Shown: positions 1-12,021 of the stretch, piece after piece
Numbering within the stretch: position 1 is the first letter of the stretch
Layout: every line of letters begins with the position of its first letter
From: an uncultured Kiritimatiellota bacterium
GTDB taxonomy: Bacteria; Verrucomicrobiota; Kiritimatiellia; RFP12; DVOR01
DNA: 64,000 nucleotides
Reading direction: 5' to 3'
NCBI GenBank assembly: GCA_944391055.1
Contig: CALXSF010000004.1
Coordinates: 97,374 to 161,373 of the forward strand
Program-made: the position numbers and the translations under genes
Notes under the pieces: generated by a model
What the model was told of the DNA's origin: nothing
Databases searched by the model: none
Seen by the model: the letters and a program-made list of their open reading frames with translations, nothing else

Positions 1-1440
1 GCCCGGAGCGTCGGCCACCGCGGCCTCCCCATCGGCCGCGTCCTCCGCGTGGTGCGCGACGTCGACGGCCTCCGCTGGCTCGCCTTCGACGCCGCGCGCC
101 CCATCGAACGGCACGACGGGCTGCAAATCGACCTCCCCGGCCGCCCCGTCGGCTTCCCCGTCGACCGTTTGCGCGACGCCCGCACCAAACGCCCCGCTCT
201 CACGCTCCCCGCCGACGCGCGCGCCGAGGTGGCCCTCCCCCGCGAGGTCGGCGACATCCCGCGCGGCGCGGTCGTCTGCCACGCCGCCTCGCAGGCCGTC
301 CGCCGCGCCTTCCCCATCCCCAAGCCCCGCGCCGCCGACCTCCGCGCCCTTCGCCCCGCCGACCTCACCCTCACCCTCGCGCCCGACGCCCTCACCCTCT
401 CTGGGGGAGGCGTGCGCGTCCGCCTCCCCGCCGCGCTCGGCCCCGCGCAGAACCCCGCCGGCACCCGCGCCGCCGCCGAGCGCCACCTGGCCCGCCTCGG
501 CGAGGACGGCTTCGCGCTCCGCGCGCTCGCCGTGGACGACAACGGCCTCTTCGCCCCTCCCTCCCTCCTCAACGCCGCCCGCCGCCAATGGGCCGCCCAG
601 GCCAACGCCGCCGCGCGACCGCCCGCCCCGCCGCCCGCGCCGGAAGCCGACGCGCCGCGCCGCGCGCCGGCGGCGGCCCCGTCCTGGTCGCTCAAGGTCT
701 CCGCCCTCCAATCCCCCGCTCTGCTCGGCGCGGGGGAATTGCCCCGCGAAGTCATCCTCGCGCTCCCCTCCGACGCCGACGAACGCCTGCTCGCCCCCTG
801 GCTCCGCGCCATCCCGCGCGACCGCCTCCGCATCGCCCTCCCCGTGGCCCTGCGCGACGCGGATCTCGGCCCGATGGCCGCCTTGGCCGGCGCGCTCGCC
901 GACCGCGGTCTCCGACGCTTCGAGTGCGCCGACCTGACCTCCTGGCAACTGCTGCGCGACCTCCAGCCCGCCTGCGACGCCTTCGACCTCACCGCCGACT
1001 GGACGTGGTACGCCACGAACGCCGAGGCCGCCCGCCTCCAACGCGCCTGCGGCCTCTCCGCCGCCGTCACGGGCTTCGAGGCGAACCTCCCCAACCTCCT
1101 CACCCTGCCCGACGACCCGCCGCGCGAGGTGCTCGCGGTCGGCTACGCCCCCCTCTTCATCGCCTGCGCCGCGCCGCTCCTCCCCCACCCCGACGGCGCG
1201 CGGCTGACCGACCGCGCCGCCCTGCCCCTGCGCGTGACACGCCTGGGGCGGCTGTGGGTCACCTTCTGCGAACGCCCATGGAGCGCCCTCGGCAGCCAGG
1301 AGACCCTCCTGCGCGCGGGCTTCGGGCGACTGCGCGCGGACGTCTCATGGGCCGGCGCGGCCATCCCCGCCCCCGATTGGCGCGCCCTGCTCCGCCATCC
1401 CTCCCCCCTCCCCTCCCACTTCGCCACGCCGCGGCTCTGA
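1..1440 (+). CDS. hypothetical protein, 5'-partial (reading frame is open to the window edge)
   Basis: GC-rich ORF with coding-like Ala/Arg/Leu/Pro composition and no in-frame stop back to nt 1. The annotated start at 49 is a GTG inside an open frame. No motif I can name with confidence. Confidence 0.35.
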   Translation, partial: ARSVGHRGLPIGRVLRVVRDVDGLRWLAFDAARPIERHDGLQIDLPGRPVGFPVDRLRDARTKRPALTLPADARAEVALPREVGDIPRGAVVCHAASQAVRRAFPIPKPRAADLRALRPADLTLTLAPDALTLSGGGVRVRLPAALGPAQNPAGTRAAAERHLARLGEDGFALRALAVDDNGLFAPPSLLNAARRQWAAQANAAARPPAPPPAPEADAPRRAPAAAPSWSLKVSALQSPALLGAGELPREVILALPSDADERLLAPWLRAIPRDRLRIALPVALRDADLGPMAALAGALADRGLRRFECADLTSWQLLRDLQPACDAFDLTADWTWYATNAEAARLQRACGLSAAVTGFEANLPNLLTLPDDPPREVLAVGYAPLFIACAAPLLPHPDGARLTDRAALPLRVTRLGRLWVTFCERPWSALGSQETLLRAGFGRLRADVSWAGAAIPAPDWRALLRHPSPLPSHFATPRL

Positions 1441-1516
1441 CGCCCGCGCCGTCGCGCCCACCTGTGAAATGCAAGTAAAATGACGCAAGGGTTTGGGGAG
1501 GGGCGAGAAGAGTCGC

Positions 1517-1895
1517 GTTTTCAGGCTGCCCTTCTGGTTTTGGTGGGGCGGGGGTAGAAGAAGCGGATGATGCGGTTGAGGTTTTCGACGGCGCCTTTCT
1601 CCCACCCGGCGTAGGCGTGGGTGTAGTAGACGGTGACCCCGAAAATCCGGCCGATGGTCTTTTCGTCGAGGAACTCGCCGCCGTTGTCGGTCAGGATGTG
1701 GGTGATCTTGATTCCGAGCCGCCGGCATTCCCGCGCGATGCCGCGGAGGGCGCGATGGACGGTTTCCTGGCGCAGGTCCTTCAGTTTCCGGACGAAGGTC
1801 TTGTGGCCGTCGGCGGGAGGATCATGGTGAGGAGGCCGCCTTTGCCGCGGGCCCCGGGGCGAATCGTGTCTATCTTCGCATAACCCTTTACCTTA
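1517..1895 (-). mobile_element. IS30-family DDE transposase remnant (C-terminal catalytic-core fragment, no start codon)
   Basis: Minus-strand translation reads ...ITHILTDNGGEFLDEKTIGRIFGVTVYYTHAYAGWEKGAVENLNRIIRFFYPRPTKT*. This matches the IS30 signature DNG.EF ... Y.SWERG.NEN.NGLIRQYFPK. There is no Met, the N-terminal part is degenerate, and no inverted repeats were seen. Confidence 0.55.
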
Positions 1896-2269
1896 TAGTT
1901 CATTACTTCACTGGGCAGGTCGTCGATGCGATGGGTCGGGTTGTGGTTTCCGGCCGCTTTGGGCGGCGCGCACCACGGCGACGGCCATGGGGTCTGTAAA
2001 GGTCTCTTCCGCCGACGCGCGCGGACCGGTCGCCCTTCTGCGCGTGGTATTGGAAGGTCTGGAGGCTGGGGAAGGACTCGTTTGGGTTCGTCTTGACCAT
2101 CTCGGTATAGGCCGAGGGGATGGTCGGCCAGTCCTCGAGGAAATCTTTTATGGAAGCGATGGCCTTGGGGTCGGGCTTGGGCGTGTGTTGCGGGGAGGGT
2201 GTGGTTTTGTTAGAGTATAGGCCCGGTTTTACGGCATGTCGCCGTGATCATTCAGGGAAGGCAGAAGCC

Positions 2270-5473
<3,204 letters not shown>

Positions 5474-5488
5474 GGCGAGGGAAACAAA

Positions 5489-5525
5489 AAGGCCGGCCGC
5501 GACGCACGTCGCGGCCGGCCTTTTT
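5489..5525. terminator. bidirectional rho-independent terminator (GC hairpin flanked by A and T runs) between convergent carB and gspE
   Basis: aaaaaGGCCGGCCGCGACGcacGTCGCGGCCGGCCttttt. Confidence 0.55.
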
Positions 5526-5534
5526 CGTGGGGCC

Positions 5535-7223
5535 TCACTTGGCGTCTTCGGTGACGCGCATGAGTTCCTCGACGGAGGTGAAGCCCGAGAAGACCTTGCG
5601 CCACCCGTCTTGGCGCAAGGTGGCCATGCCCTCCTCCATCGCGGCTTTGCGGATCTCGGCGGAGGAGTGGCGGCCGATGATGAGGCTGCCGATGCGCTCG
5701 GAGACGCCGAGCAGCTCGAAGATGGCGCCGCGGCCCTTGTAGCCGGTGTTGGCGCAGGCCTCGCAGCCGACGGGCGCGTAGACATGATCCTGCGGGGGGA
5801 GGTGGGGCTGATCCCACCAGCCGTCCTTGAGGGGGATTTCCTTGCGGCATTTGGGGCAAAGGCGCCGGGCGAGGCGTTGGGCGAGGACGCCGGCGACGGC
5901 GGAGGCCACGAGGAAGGGCTCGGCGCCCATGTCGATGAGGCGGGCGAAGGCGCCGGCGGCGTCGTTGGTGTGAAGGGTGGAGAAGACGAGGTGGCCGGTG
6001 AGCGAGGCGTTGATGGCAATCTCGGCGGTCTCGCCGTCGCGAATCTCGCCGACCATGATGATGTCCGGGTCTTGGCGGAGGAAGGCGCGGAGGGCGCGGG
6101 CGAAGGTGAGGCCGATGTCCGCGCGGACGAGGACTTGGTTGATCCCCTTCATCTCATACTCGATGGGGTCCTCGGCGGTCATGATGCGGACGTTGACCTT
6201 GTTGATTTCGTGCAGGAAGGCGTAGAGGCTCGTGGACTTCCCCGAGCCGGTGGGGCCGGTGACGAGGATGATGCCGTTGGGCCGGGTGATGAGCTTGTTG
6301 GTGAGGGCATAGTCGCGCTCGCTCATGCCAAGATCTTTGAGCTGGACGAAGTTGCCGGCCTTTTGGAGCAAACGCAGCGAGACGCTCTCGCCATAGGCGG
6401 TGGGGCAGGTGGAGACGCGGATGTCGATGTCCTCGCCGTTGAGGCGGATGCCGATGCGGCCGTCCATGGGCAGGCGCTTCTCGGCGATGTCGAGGTTGGC
6501 CATGACTTTGAGGCGCGAGATGATGGCGGCCTTGAGGCGATTGATCTGCGGGGGGACGTCGACCTTGTGCAGCATGCCGTCGATGCGATAACGGATCCGC
6601 AGCTCGTCCTCCATCGGCTCCACATGGATGTCCGTGGCGCCCTGGCGGTCGGCCTCGGCGATGATTTGGTTGACGAAGCGGACGATGGAGGCCTCCTGCC
6701 CCATCTCGTTCACGTCGATCTTCGAGATGTTGGCCTCCGTGTCAGAGACCTCGTAGCGCCCATCCTCGATCATCTTCTCGATGGCCTCGGCGCCGACGCC
6801 GTAATACTTCTTGATGGCCTTGTCGATTTCCTCGGAGGGCGCCAGCCGGATGCGGACGTGTTTGCCGCAGGCCAACCGGATGCCATCGGCGGCGGCGTTC
6901 ATGGGGTCGCTGAGGGCCACGACAAGCGTCTCCCCCTCGACGGCCAACGGCAGCGCATTGTATTGGTGGACGGCGCGGGCGGGCAGGAGGCGAAGCGCCT
7001 CGTCGGACGGGCGGGCCTTGGCAAGATCGACGTAGTCCAGTCCAAGCACCGGCGCGAGCTTCTCCAGGAAGTCCGCCTCGCGGGCCATCTCCAGCCTGGC
7101 CACCGCGGCGGGCAGCCCCTCGGCAAGGTCGGCGTTGAGTAAAATCTCGATCTGGGCGTCCTTGAAGAGGCCGGTCTTCTTGAGCAGGTTGGCCAGAAAG
7201 GTCTGTTGCGCGGTCATGGGCAC
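5535..7223 (-). CDS. gspE: type II secretion / type IV pilus assembly ATPase (GspE/PilB family)
   Basis: Walker A motif GPTGSGKST, the tetracysteine motif CPKC...CEAC, and a T2SSE N-terminal domain. 562 aa. Confidence 0.9.
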   Translation of the reverse strand: MPMTAQQTFLANLLKKTGLFKDAQIEILLNADLAEGLPAAVARLEMAREADFLEKLAPVLGLDYVDLAKARPSDEALRLLPARAVHQYNALPLAVEGETLVVALSDPMNAAADGIRLACGKHVRIRLAPSEEIDKAIKKYYGVGAEAIEKMIEDGRYEVSDTEANISKIDVNEMGQEASIVRFVNQIIAEADRQGATDIHVEPMEDELRIRYRIDGMLHKVDVPPQINRLKAAIISRLKVMANLDIAEKRLPMDGRIGIRLNGEDIDIRVSTCPTAYGESVSLRLLQKAGNFVQLKDLGMSERDYALTNKLITRPNGIILVTGPTGSGKSTSLYAFLHEINKVNVRIMTAEDPIEYEMKGINQVLVRADIGLTFARALRAFLRQDPDIIMVGEIRDGETAEIAINASLTGHLVFSTLHTNDAAGAFARLIDMGAEPFLVASAVAGVLAQRLARRLCPKCRKEIPLKDGWWDQPHLPPQDHVYAPVGCEACANTGYKGRGAIFELLGVSERIGSLIIGRHSSAEIRKAAMEEGMATLRQDGWRKVFSGFTSVEELMRVTEDAK

Positions 7224-7250
7224 CTCATGGGATTGGAGATCACGGAAGGG

Positions 7251-8465
7251 TCACAGCTCCTCGAGGAAGCGGACGAACTCAGGGTAAATGGCGTCCATCA
7301 TGAAGTTCTCCCGGGCAAGGCGGGCGGAGGCGAGGGCCTCCCGGGTGAGGCGGCTGCGGCGATGGAGATAATCCTTCAGGACGCGCGCGAAATCCGCCTC
7401 GTCCCCGGCGCGATACTGCGCGCCCGCCCCGTAACGTTCGATGAGCGCCTGCGTCTCGCCGGTCAGGCAGCAGATCATCGGGAGCCCGGCGGCGGTGTAA
7501 TCGGCGAGCTTGTAAGGCACGGCCACATGGCTGTCCGGGAACATCGGCACGACGGCGACGTCCGAATCGGCCAACAGCTGCTGCATATCCTCGTTGCTGA
7601 GGTAGCCATGGAAACGGATGGAGGCGCACCCCTTGGCCTCCCGGCGGAGAAGCGGCTCGCGAGGCCCCGTCCCGGCAAGGTCAAGGCGGACGTTCTCCCC
7701 GGCCTCGGACAGGCGGCGCACGACGCGGACGACGGTTCGCAGATCGTAGCTCCGCCCCATGTTCCCGACGTAAATGAGGCGCAGCGGCTCCGATTCGTCG
7801 AGGCTGTACCGCGAGGCGCCGTTGTTCATCCGCATGATCCCGTGATAGCACAGATGGCGCGGCGCGCGGCAGCCATACCGCATGGCCAAGCCCAGATAGG
7901 TGACGCCGACGGCCGAGACCGCGTCGGCCAGGCGATAGGCGCGCCGGGCCGCGCGGTGGGCCCGCGCGAAGACCACCCTCCCAAGCAACTCCTTGGCCCA
8001 CGGCGGGCCGGGAATGAGGCGATGGAAGTTCTCCGGCCACGCGTCCATCACGTCCACCACGGCCTTGCACCCCCACCGCCCGCGGAAACGCCGGGCGACG
8101 GCGGCGGTCTCGATGGGCGGCCACGAGGTCAGCACCAAATCCGGGCGCGGCAGCTCGCCCGCCTCGACGGCGGCGACGGCCAAACGCTCCCACGCGGCGG
8201 CATAACGGCGATGGCTCCACGCGCGGCGCAGCCCGATGTTGTCTCGGTAAGGCAGCGTCGGGACAAGGCGCACCTCGAACCCCTCCGGCGCGCGATAGAC
8301 AGGCTCCAGCCTGCGGGGACGTTTGGTGGCGTGCGAGAAGTCGCTGCTCCACCAAACCACCCGGTGGCCGGCCTTGGACAAGGCGCGGCACAGCAGGTTG
8401 TAGCGTTGGGGACGCCGCCCCTCGCCAGGGAGATTGTCGAAGGGGTTGTTGATCCACACGTTCAT
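7251..8465 (-). CDS. glycosyltransferase family 1 (GT4-type)
   Basis: C-terminal GT1 motif ...PMFPDSHVAVPYKLADYTAAGLPMICC...; the start was moved to MNVWINNPFDN so it overlaps the nadB stop by about 14 nt rather than 98 nt. Confidence 0.75.
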   Translation of the reverse strand: MNVWINNPFDNLPGEGRRPQRYNLLCRALSKAGHRVVWWSSDFSHATKRPRRLEPVYRAPEGFEVRLVPTLPYRDNIGLRRAWSHRRYAAAWERLAVAAVEAGELPRPDLVLTSWPPIETAAVARRFRGRWGCKAVVDVMDAWPENFHRLIPGPPWAKELLGRVVFARAHRAARRAYRLADAVSAVGVTYLGLAMRYGCRAPRHLCYHGIMRMNNGASRYSLDESEPLRLIYVGNMGRSYDLRTVVRVVRRLSEAGENVRLDLAGTGPREPLLRREAKGCASIRFHGYLSNEDMQQLLADSDVAVVPMFPDSHVAVPYKLADYTAAGLPMICCLTGETQALIERYGAGAQYRAGDEADFARVLKDYLHRRSRLTREALASARLARENFMMDAIYPEFVRFLEEL

Positions 8466-8475
8466 GCGCCCGCCC

Positions 8476-10086
8476 TCACCACTCCTTCTCCGGCGCGCGG
8501 ACAAGGTCGGTGTCATGGGCCAGGCGCAGCCGCTCGGGATAATCGAGGGTGTAATGGAGGCCGCGGCTCTCATGGCGGCTCATGGCCGAGGTGATGATGA
8601 GCTCGGCCACGTCGGCGATGTTGCGCAGCTCCAACACATCGGCGGTGACAAGATAGTCGAAATAATACTCGTTGATCTCCTCGCGCAGATTGCGGACCCG
8701 GCGCAGGGCGCGGCGAAGGCGCTTGTCGGTTCGGACGATGCCCACGTAGTCCCACATGCACGTGCGCAGCTCCTGCCAGTTGTGGGCCACGAGGACGGCC
8801 TCGTCGGTGGGGACGGCATGGCCATAGACCCAGTCGGGAACGGTGACGTGCGCGACGCTCGGGACCGGCTCGGCGCAAAGCGCCTTGGCGCACTCGCACC
8901 CGCAGACAAGCGCCTCCAGCAGCGAATTGCTGGCCAGGCGGTTGGCCCCATGAAGCCCCGTGCACGCGCACTCGCCGATGGCGTAAAGGCCGGGGAGCGT
9001 GGTGCGCCCGGCGACGTCCGCGGCGATGCCGCCGCAAAGGTAATGGGCGGCCGGCACGATGGGGATGAGGTCGCGCGCCATGTCGATGCCGAACTCCAGG
9101 CACTTGGCGTAGATGGCGGGGAAACGCGTCTTGAGATACGCCTCGCCCTTGTGGCGGATGTCGAGGCAGCAATAGGCGTCACCGCGCGTCTTCATCTCGT
9201 TGTCGATGGCGCGGGCCACGATGTCGCGCGGGGCGAGGGAGCCGCGCGGGTCGTACCGCTCCATGAACGGCGTGCCGTCGCGCGTCACCAAGACGGCCCC
9301 CTCGCCGCGCACCGCCTCGCTGATGAGGAACCGCTTGGCCTTCGGATGGAAGAGACAGGTGGGGTGGAACTGCACCATCTCCATGTTGCGGATCTTCGCG
9401 CCCGCGCGCCACGCCACGGCGATGCCGTCGCCCGTGGCGATGTCGGGGTTGCAGGTGTATTGGTAGACCTTGCCGATGCCGCCGGTGGCGAGGATGACCG
9501 CGCCCGTGCGCACGGCCCAGATTTCGCCGGTCTCCGTGCTCAGCAGATAGGCGCCGACCACGCGGTTCTCGCCGCCCTCGCGCAGAAAGCGCGTGGTCAC
9601 CAAATCGATCAGCAGCGTGTTCTCGCAGACATGCAAGCCCTTGGTCGCGCGCACGCGCGCCGCGAGCGTCCGCTCCACCTCGCGCCCCGTGATGTCGCCG
9701 GCATGGAGGATCCGCCGCCGCGTGTGCCCCCCCTCGCGCGTCAGGTCATAACCCTCCGGGCAGGCCGAGCCCTCGCCCTTGGTGAACGGCACGCCCATCT
9801 CGATGAGGCGGCGGAGACAGGCGGGGCCGGCCTCGACGATGCGCCGCACCACGTCCTCATGGCACAGCCCGGCCCCCGCGTCAAGCGTGTCGGCCACGTG
9901 TAGGTCAAACGTGTCGTCCGTGCCCATCACGCACGAAATGCCGCCCTGGGCATAGGCGGTGTTCGCCTCGTCCAACGCCCGCTTCGTCACCAACAGCACG
10001 CGCCCATGCCCCGCCAGCCCCATCGCGGCCATCGACCCGGCGATGCCGCTGCCGACGACCAGGTAATCGCAGTCAATCGTTCTCAT
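8476..10086 (-). CDS. nadB: L-aspartate oxidase
   Basis: MRTIDCDYLVVGSGIAGSMAA FAD-binding N-terminus and a succinate dehydrogenase/fumarate reductase flavoprotein-like fold. 536 aa. Confidence 0.9.
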   Translation of the reverse strand: MRTIDCDYLVVGSGIAGSMAAMGLAGHGRVLLVTKRALDEANTAYAQGGISCVMGTDDTFDLHVADTLDAGAGLCHEDVVRRIVEAGPACLRRLIEMGVPFTKGEGSACPEGYDLTREGGHTRRRILHAGDITGREVERTLAARVRATKGLHVCENTLLIDLVTTRFLREGGENRVVGAYLLSTETGEIWAVRTGAVILATGGIGKVYQYTCNPDIATGDGIAVAWRAGAKIRNMEMVQFHPTCLFHPKAKRFLISEAVRGEGAVLVTRDGTPFMERYDPRGSLAPRDIVARAIDNEMKTRGDAYCCLDIRHKGEAYLKTRFPAIYAKCLEFGIDMARDLIPIVPAAHYLCGGIAADVAGRTTLPGLYAIGECACTGLHGANRLASNSLLEALVCGCECAKALCAEPVPSVAHVTVPDWVYGHAVPTDEAVLVAHNWQELRTCMWDYVGIVRTDKRLRRALRRVRNLREEINEYYFDYLVTADVLELRNIADVAELIITSAMSRHESRGLHYTLDYPERLRLAHDTDLVRAPEKEW

Positions 10087-10933
10087 GCCAACCCTCCAAA
10101 CGGACGCCGCGGCGCCTGCACGCCCAGCAGCAATAAGCGATCGTGACGAAATAGGACGCCGGCAGACGCGTCCGCGCCGCCAGCTTCACCCCCAAAAGCG
10201 TCGTTTTCCCCCCCAGCCCCATCGGCCCCACGCCCAACGTGTTCGCCTCCTCTAGCAGCCGCGCCTCCAGCGCCGCCAGCTCCGGCTCCGGCGCATGGTC
10301 CCCCAACGGCCTCAGCAGCTGACGCTTCGCCACCGCGAAACCCTCCGCCCTGTCCGCCCCCACGCAGACGCCCAGGACGCCCGGCGCGCAGCCCTGCCCC
10401 TGGATCTGCGCCACCGCGTCAAGCACGCACGCGCGCACGCCCTCCAGGTCGCGCCCCGCCCCCAGTCGCGCGTCGGGCAGACTGTACTGCCGGCTCATGT
10501 TCTCGCTGCCCCCACCCTTCAGCAACAGCCACACCTCCGGGGCCGACGCCCCCTCCCGCTCCTCGAAGTGATGGACGGGGATGCCCTCGGCCACGTTCTC
10601 GTCCACCGAGCGCCCCGACAACGCGTCAATCGTGTTCCTGCGCAGCCACCCCCGCGCCGTCGCCGCGCGCACCGCCGCGTTCGCCGCCGCGGCGAGCGGC
10701 CCCTGGCGCGTCCCCGGCGGCACCGTCCAAAAGAAGGTCAGCGTGCCCGTGTCCTGGCACATCGGCACGCTCCGCGCCTTGGCCAGCGCGCAATTCTCCA
10801 AAATCGTCCCCAGCGTCCCCCGCGCCGGCTCCGCCTCGCGCGCCTGCGCACGCGCCAACGCCTCCAACACGTCCTCCGGCGCCTCGCACGCCGTCCGCCG
10901 CACCAATTCCAACAACTGAGCCTCAATATCCAT
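10073..10933 (-). CDS. Fe-S hydro-lyase, fumarate hydratase class I / tartrate dehydratase alpha-subunit-like
   Basis: CQDTGT motif and alpha-subunit length. An ATG at 10933 is preceded by TGTTATACT, whereas the track starts at a GTG at 10951. The 3' end overlaps the nadB start by 14 nt. Confidence 0.65.
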   Translation of the reverse strand: MDIEAQLLELVRRTACEAPEDVLEALARAQAREAEPARGTLGTILENCALAKARSVPMCQDTGTLTFFWTVPPGTRQGPLAAAANAAVRAATARGWLRRNTIDALSGRSVDENVAEGIPVHHFEEREGASAPEVWLLLKGGGSENMSRQYSLPDARLGAGRDLEGVRACVLDAVAQIQGQGCAPGVLGVCVGADRAEGFAVAKRQLLRPLGDHAPEPELAALEARLLEEANTLGVGPMGLGGKTTLLGVKLAARTRLPASYFVTIAYCCWACRRRGVRLEGWHEND

Positions 10934-10941
10934 GATTGGGT

Positions 10942-10950
10942 AGTATAACA
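10942..10950 (-). promoter_or_regulatory. extended -10 box (TGTTATACT on the minus strand) 8 nt upstream of ATG 10933, implying a leaderless mRNA
   Basis: Direct read of the minus strand. Confidence 0.4.
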
Positions 10951-11016
10951 CGTTCCCGCCCGCACGTGTGCCGCGTCGGGACGTCCCGGGGCGCGCGCGG
11001 CGCGCCCGTCGGCGCC

Positions 11017-12021
11017 TCAGCGGTCGGGGGCGTGGCGGAGGCCAAGCGCGGCAAGGTCGGCCCGAAGGGCGGTGATCGCGTCGGCCTCCGGGGCGACGAC
11101 GCAGATTTTGCCGGGATAGATCTGATAGCCCTCGCGATACGCGGCAGGCGTCAGATTGGGCATGAACACGTTCGCGCCGGCCTCAAACCCCATGCGGCGG
11201 CCTCGCGCGGGGTCAAGCGTCGAGAGGGCCGTGGTGGCGGGGATGTTGGCGTCGGGCAGGAGCAGCCGGGCAAGCGCGTAACAGCGGCAGGTGAAGTCGG
11301 CGGAGACCGGCACCTCGCCGGAGGGCGGGCGTTTTCCAAGCGGGGTCTTGGGATGGGCGAGGTAAGGCCCCAGGCCCACCATGTCCAACCCGAGCGCGCG
11401 GAGCGTCAGCAAATCCTCGACCACGGATTCGAGCGTCTGCCCGGGGAGCCCCAGCATCATGCCGCCGCCGATCTCGTAGCCCTGGGCCTTCATGCGCCGC
11501 AGCTGCGCGAGGCGCGGGTGCTCGCCATCGCGTGGGGCGCCGGGATGGATCTGGGCGAAGAGCGCGCGGTCGGAGGTCTCGAAACGCAGCAGGTAACGGT
11601 CGGCCCCGGCCTCGCGCCAAACCGCGGTGTCGGCCTCGGAGCGTTCGCCGAGGGAGAGGGTGACGCGCTGGCCGGTCTCGGCCTTGATCCTGCGCACAAG
11701 CGCGGCGACGCGGGCGCGCGACCAGAGCGCGGGGCATTCGCCGGCCTGAAGGACGACGGTCCCGAAGCGGAGGTCGCGGGCGAGGCGGGCACAGGCCACG
11801 ATCTCCTCGTCGCGCATCGCGTAGCGGCGGACGTCCGGGTTGGCGTGGCGCATCCCGCAGTAAAGGCAGTCGCGGTCGCAGACGCTGGAGAGCTCGACCA
11901 ATCCCCGCAGGCAGACGCCGTCGCCCTTTGTCTTGGCGCGGACGGCGCGCGCCTCGGCGAAGAGCGCGGAGGCGTCCGGCACCGTGAGCCAACGGCGGAT
12001 TGCGTCGCGGCCAAGCGTCAT
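11017..12021 (-). CDS. radical SAM protein, HydE/BioB-like family
   Basis: CDRDCLYCGMRHANPDVRRYAM is a CxxxCxxC cluster with the HydE-like downstream context. The start was chosen at MTLGRD, which overlaps the upstream stop as ATGA. The N-terminal extension in the track looks non-coding. Confidence 0.65.
   Translation of the reverse strand: MTLGRDAIRRWLTVPDASALFAEARAVRAKTKGDGVCLRGLVELSSVCDRDCLYCGMRHANPDVRRYAMRDEEIVACARLARDLRFGTVVLQAGECPALWSRARVAALVRRIKAETGQRVTLSLGERSEADTAVWREAGADRYLLRFETSDRALFAQIHPGAPRDGEHPRLAQLRRMKAQGYEIGGGMMLGLPGQTLESVVEDLLTLRALGLDMVGLGPYLAHPKTPLGKRPPSGEVPVSADFTCRCYALARLLLPDANIPATTALSTLDPARGRRMGFEAGANVFMPNLTPAAYREGYQIYPGKICVVAPEADAITALRADLAALGLRHAPDR

Noticed and set aside
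588-1478. 296-aa ORF in an alternative frame of the first gene, plus numerous Pro/Arg-rich nested ORFs throughout (for example 24591-25307 and 25100-25966)
   Set aside because: These are alternative-frame artefacts of GC-rich coding sequence. Their composition (poly-R/P/A) is non-protein-like and they have no independent start or RBS context.
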